NCBI GenBank assembly: GCA_002085285.1 | Contig: NATK01000002.1 | Coordinates: 1 to 28,767, forward strand | From: Candidatus Latescibacteria bacterium 4484_7 | GTDB taxonomy: Bacteria; Krumholzibacteriota; Krumholzibacteriia; Krumholzibacteriales; Krumholzibacteriaceae | Direction: 5' to 3' | Length of the DNA: 28,767 nt | Part shown: piece by piece, positions 24,920 through 28,767 of the stretch | Numbering within the stretch: position 1 is the first letter of the stretch | Layout of the letters: the number at the start of each line of letters is the position of its first letter | Notes under the pieces: generated by a model | What the model was told of the DNA's origin: nothing | The model's input: the letters and a program-made list of their open reading frames with translations, nothing else | Databases searched by the model: none | Made by a program: the position numbers and the translations under genes

Positions 24920-24992
24920 CCGGCTGATTGTAAGGTGTAGGTGTACTGGCGGATTTTGCCGGCAATAATGAAAAGAACGAAGGGGTCGTATC

Positions 24993-25841
24993 ATGAAGAT
25001 TCTGGGCTGGATCAAGAAGGGCAGCAAGGACAAACTTAAGGAACTGTTGGAAGGATTCGAGCTGCCGAGTTTCCCCGATGTGATAATGGAAGCGCTGTCC
25101 GTTCTTAGAGACGATGGCGCATCGATGCGCGAGATCGCCGACATTCTTCAGCGTGACCCCGGAATGCACGTCCAGATATTGAGGATGGTAAACTCGGCCG
25201 CTTATGGATTGAGCACGAAGGTCGGAAACATTCATCACGCAGTAACGATGCTCGGAAGGTCCAGGATAGAATCCATGCTACTTTCGCATGCGGTAAAGGA
25301 GACGCTGCCTTGCGTGTCGATCCCCGCATTCAATGGCAAGAGGTTCTGGCTCACTGCAGCGAGAAGGGCAAACCTTGCCTACATGCTCTCAGAATTTCTC
25401 CATCCTGTGTTCAAGGACGAGGCTTTCACGGTGGGCCTTTTGCAGGACATGGCTGTCCCCGTCATCGCAAACGTCAAGAAAAACGAGTACAACGCGATTC
25501 TCGAACACGTATATTCTACTGACGGCAGGGATCAGGTGGTTATCGAAAAGGAAAAGCTCGGCTTCGACCATCAGGAGGTAGGGGCGATAATGGCGGAGGA
25601 ATGGAACCTGCCCGAATATATATCAACCTCGATCAGGAACCATCACAGCATAAGCGAAAAAGACGCAAAAGATCTTGCCGTAAGGCTGGTCTCCTTTATA
25701 AACGAGAGGCATGAGTTTGATGATATGGAGCGGTTCATCGATGAATGGGAGGAGATCCTTCAGATCGACAAGGAAAAGATGAAGTCGTTGACAAAAGAGG
25801 CCTTCGAAAAAGCGGATGATTTTTTTCACTCCCTTTATTGA
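24993..25841 (+). CDS. HDOD domain protein
   Basis: ELPSFP, DP...QILRMVNSAAYG, AV.MLG, GLLQD and GFDHQEVGA.MAEEWNLP motifs. Confidence 0.9.
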   Translation: MKILGWIKKGSKDKLKELLEGFELPSFPDVIMEALSVLRDDGASMREIADILQRDPGMHVQILRMVNSAAYGLSTKVGNIHHAVTMLGRSRIESMLLSHAVKETLPCVSIPAFNGKRFWLTAARRANLAYMLSEFLHPVFKDEAFTVGLLQDMAVPVIANVKKNEYNAILEHVYSTDGRDQVVIEKEKLGFDHQEVGAIMAEEWNLPEYISTSIRNHHSISEKDAKDLAVRLVSFINERHEFDDMERFIDEWEEILQIDKEKMKSLTKEAFEKADDFFHSLY

Positions 25842-25952
25842 TTATTGACAAAGGCGATTTGTATATGCTACGTAATGAATGATGTTGAGAATTGATGCAA
25901 TATTGTAATTGTATTGATTTGAGGTTCATCGCTTAGAGATTCTGGATGGGAC

Positions 25953-28295
25953 TTGAAGAATCATATAGGCATAATATTCATACTGCTGGTCATCACTATC
26001 TGGATCTCCACAGCTCTTCTCGTATTCGGGTATGAACATCTGGCGTATACGGCTGTATCGGAAGGCACGGTGCAGGCGAAAGATATCGCTTCGGAGAAGG
26101 GGTACGAAAGAGATGTTGTGCTGGCGGCGGCTATTCTAACGGTGCTGATAGCGGCGGCATGGCTGCTATTGAGGAAGTATATTATCGGCAAGGTTCATAT
26201 CAACCTTAGAGCCAGAGATGAAACGGCTTACATTCCCGTCGATATTTCTGAGCTTCAAAAGGAAAATCGGATCTTGAGATTGCAGTCTCAGCTCGACGAG
26301 GAGATCTCTCATCTCGAGTCGAGTCGCATCGAGGGGAAGGTCCTCGATTTCCTCAAGGATGAATTAAACCTCGAAAGGGTCTCGATAGCCATCCTTGCCA
26401 AGGACGATTCAGGCTTCTATGTGCTGGATGAAAGAAAGGTCATAGAGAGCATCTCAAAGGGCGATTTCATTCCGTTCAGGGATGTGGCCATTTCAGGGGC
26501 GGTGGAAGCCAAGTCGGCCGTCTATACACGTGACATAAGTAAGAGAGCCGGGTTTCCGGTTGACGAGAAGCTCCTTGAAGCCGGTATAAGGAGCGATTTT
26601 ATTGTGCCTTTGATATATGAGGACAGGTGTATAGGGACTATAAACGCCGGTTCGAGTGAAGTGGACGGGATCAGCAAAGAGACTAGAGATCTTATATTGT
26701 TGCTGGCCACGCGAGTTGCTCAAGCGTTGAGAAATGCATCGCTGTATGAAGAGCTCAAGCTGGAAAAGGAGAGACTCGATGTAACGTTGAACGGCATAGG
26801 AGATGCTGTTATAGCGACGGATACTAAGGGCGCTATATCGTTGATTAACAGGGTCACAGAGGAGTTTACCGGAGTCCGGTTGGAAGACGTGAAGGGCAAG
26901 CCTCTCTCGGAGTTGTGTGAGTTCGTTTCGAACGGCAGTGGCATGTCTCCGGGAAGAATGGTTGAGAGTGCGCTGAGAGAAGGGAAGCCGTTCACGATTT
27001 CCGACGATCTCGTCTGCATCAAGAGGAACGGAAACAGGACAGTAGTAAGAGGGAGCTGTTCGCCGATAATGGGCGGCAATGGCAAGGCGCACGGCGCCGT
27101 CATCGTTCTCAGGGATGTTACCAAAGAAAGACTGCTCGAACAGGAGATAAACAAGTCACGAAAACTTGAATCGCTCGGTGTCTTGGCGGGAGGAATCGCT
27201 CACGACTTCAACAACATTTTAACAGCCATTCTTGGAAATGTCACACTCGCGAGACTCCTGGTAAAGGAGAACGACGAAGCGATGAGACTGCTCGGTGAAG
27301 CCGAGAACGCCGTTTCGAGGGCGAAGGGGCTTACGCTTCAACTCTTGACATTTTCCCGCGGAGGAGAGCCTATCAAGAAGCTTTCGTCCGTAGCGGAGGT
27401 GGTATTCGATACGGCCAAATTCATTCTCACCGGGACGGATGTCAGACTGGAAATCGATATGCCGAAGAATCTGTGGCCTGTGGAGCTGGACAGGGGGCAA
27501 ATGAGCCAGGTGATACAGAATATCGTTTTGAATGCGAGGGAGGCGATGCCTTCGGGCGGTACGATAAGGATCGGCGGTAGAAACGTTTCAGCGGAGAATG
27601 CGGAAGGGTTGCGTCTTCCCTCAGGAAAGAGGTTCGTTGAATTGTGGATATCGGACGAGGGGATCGGGATACCGGAGAAATACATTGACAAGATATTCGA
27701 CCCGTATTTCACGACAAAAGAACAGGGGAGCGGGCTCGGGCTTTCGATAGCCTTCTCCATAGTTAAGAACCACGATGGGTTTATTCGCGTGAATTCGATA
27801 CAGGACGAGGGGACGACCTTCAACATATTTCTTCCCGCTTCACAGAAGGTTTCGGAAGAAATCCTTGAAGAGGCGGAACGGATGGAGGGAGAGGGCGGCA
27901 GAGTCCTGGTGATGGACGATGAAGAGATAGTGAGGAATGTTGTAAGAAGGATGCTCGAGACGCTCGGTTACGACGTCGAGACTGCCGAAGATGGGAAAGA
28001 GGCTGTTGAGAGCTATAAGAAAGCTATCTCCGAAGGAAGGCGCTTCGACACATTGATAATGGACCTGACGGTTCCCGGTGGAATGGGGGGCAGAGAGGCA
28101 GTTGCCAAGATCCTGGAGATTGACCCCACTGCCAGAGCGATAGTATCGAGTGGGTACTCGAACGACCCCGTCATGGCAAATCACAGAGACTTCGGTTTCG
28201 TCGATGTCATATCAAAGCCTTTCAAGATCAAGGAGCTCGAAACGGTGCTGTACAGGGTACTGGCGAAGGAACGTAAGAGTTCGAATAGTCGATGA
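25953..28295 (+). CDS. Hybrid sensor histidine kinase (2 TM, GAF, PAS, HisKA, HATPase, receiver)
   Basis: AGGIAHDFNN H-box, N/G1/F/G2 boxes, and a receiver with MDDE, MDL and KPF. TTG start. Confidence 0.92.
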   Translation: MKNHIGIIFILLVITIWISTALLVFGYEHLAYTAVSEGTVQAKDIASEKGYERDVVLAAAILTVLIAAAWLLLRKYIIGKVHINLRARDETAYIPVDISELQKENRILRLQSQLDEEISHLESSRIEGKVLDFLKDELNLERVSIAILAKDDSGFYVLDERKVIESISKGDFIPFRDVAISGAVEAKSAVYTRDISKRAGFPVDEKLLEAGIRSDFIVPLIYEDRCIGTINAGSSEVDGISKETRDLILLLATRVAQALRNASLYEELKLEKERLDVTLNGIGDAVIATDTKGAISLINRVTEEFTGVRLEDVKGKPLSELCEFVSNGSGMSPGRMVESALREGKPFTISDDLVCIKRNGNRTVVRGSCSPIMGGNGKAHGAVIVLRDVTKERLLEQEINKSRKLESLGVLAGGIAHDFNNILTAILGNVTLARLLVKENDEAMRLLGEAENAVSRAKGLTLQLLTFSRGGEPIKKLSSVAEVVFDTAKFILTGTDVRLEIDMPKNLWPVELDRGQMSQVIQNIVLNAREAMPSGGTIRIGGRNVSAENAEGLRLPSGKRFVELWISDEGIGIPEKYIDKIFDPYFTTKEQGSGLGLSIAFSIVKNHDGFIRVNSIQDEGTTFNIFLPASQKVSEEILEEAERMEGEGGRVLVMDDEEIVRNVVRRMLETLGYDVETAEDGKEAVESYKKAISEGRRFDTLIMDLTVPGGMGGREAVAKILEIDPTARAIVSSGYSNDPVMANHRDFGFVDVISKPFKIKELETVLYRVLAKERKSSNSR

Positions 28296-28507
28296 ACGAT
28301 CGATTGCTTCGATTCATCCATTGACATTGAAATGGTCAGAAAATGGAAACGGAAGATACATCACGGCCCCTAGTAACAGGGTGGGCACCTTGTTTCTTCC
28401 TATTCCCGTTAAATAGCCAGAAATGCCTTTTCAAAAAAGAGGCTTGGTGTATAATCGGAATTCAAAAGGATACACGCAGGATGTTTATCCGAAGATGGGG
28501 GATCGCC

Positions 28508-28767
28508 ATGAGTTGCTATATCATCGCTCAGATAAAGATAAACGATAGAGAGGAATACGACATATACGAGAACGGGTTCGACGAGATCTTTGCGAAGTTC
28601 AAAGGGATAATCGTTGCGGTTGACGAAGACCCGGTCGTCCTCGAGGGAGAGTGGCCCTATACGAGAACGGTGCTCATAAGATTTCCGGACGAGAAAGAGG
28701 CGAGGCGATGGTATGAATCGCCCGAATATCAGAGTCGACGGGAAATATCGTCATGGTAAAGAGGCGC
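28508..28767 (+). pseudogene. DUF1330 family protein, frameshifted near 3' end
   Basis: YIIAQI, VLEGEWP.TRTVLIRFPD...ARRWYESPEYQ. The in-frame stop is at 28759, but the family-like tail STGNIVMVKRR runs in the -1 frame from 28735 to the window end. Confidence 0.7.

Noticed and set aside
24946-24960. TGGC...TTGC upstream of the HDOD gene
   Set aside because: GG-to-GC spacing is 8, not 10.
25845-25874. Perfect TTGACA upstream of the kinase
   Set aside because: There is no acceptable -10 at 16-18 bp spacing; the best, TATGCT, is at 13.

Overview
The window is bacterial: it carries a sigma54-type enhancer-binding protein, a hybrid histidine kinase and an HDOD protein. It has two compositionally distinct parts. 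(1) 1 to ~6.85 kb is visibly AT-rich and is punctuated by three attC-like imperfect palindromes (84-216, 2393-2476, 6526-6604), plus relics of others. I read it as the distal end of an integron-type cassette array; no integrase gene is in the window. The cassettes carry a secreted, divergent M1-type peptidase, an arsR + TDT transporter unit with an archaeal-looking promoter, and a class III ribonucleotide reductase nrdDG operon whose nrdD is broken by two internal deletions. (2) ~6.87 kb to the end is more GC-rich, chromosome-like DNA. It holds an NtrC-family activator with a pseudo-receiver, an eroded redox/accessory island (UDG, radical SAM, methyltransferase, FprA, BCP, Cys-rich protein, epimerase, NADH oxidase), a nuclease-like protein, MATE, DUF389, an alpha/beta hydrolase, a hutH-like lyase, a pentapeptide-repeat K+ channel, HDOD, a hybrid kinase and DUF1330. 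Across the window there are at least six frameshifting deletion junctions that leave recognisable gene stubs. All family assignments come from motif recognition by eye; no database searches were run.
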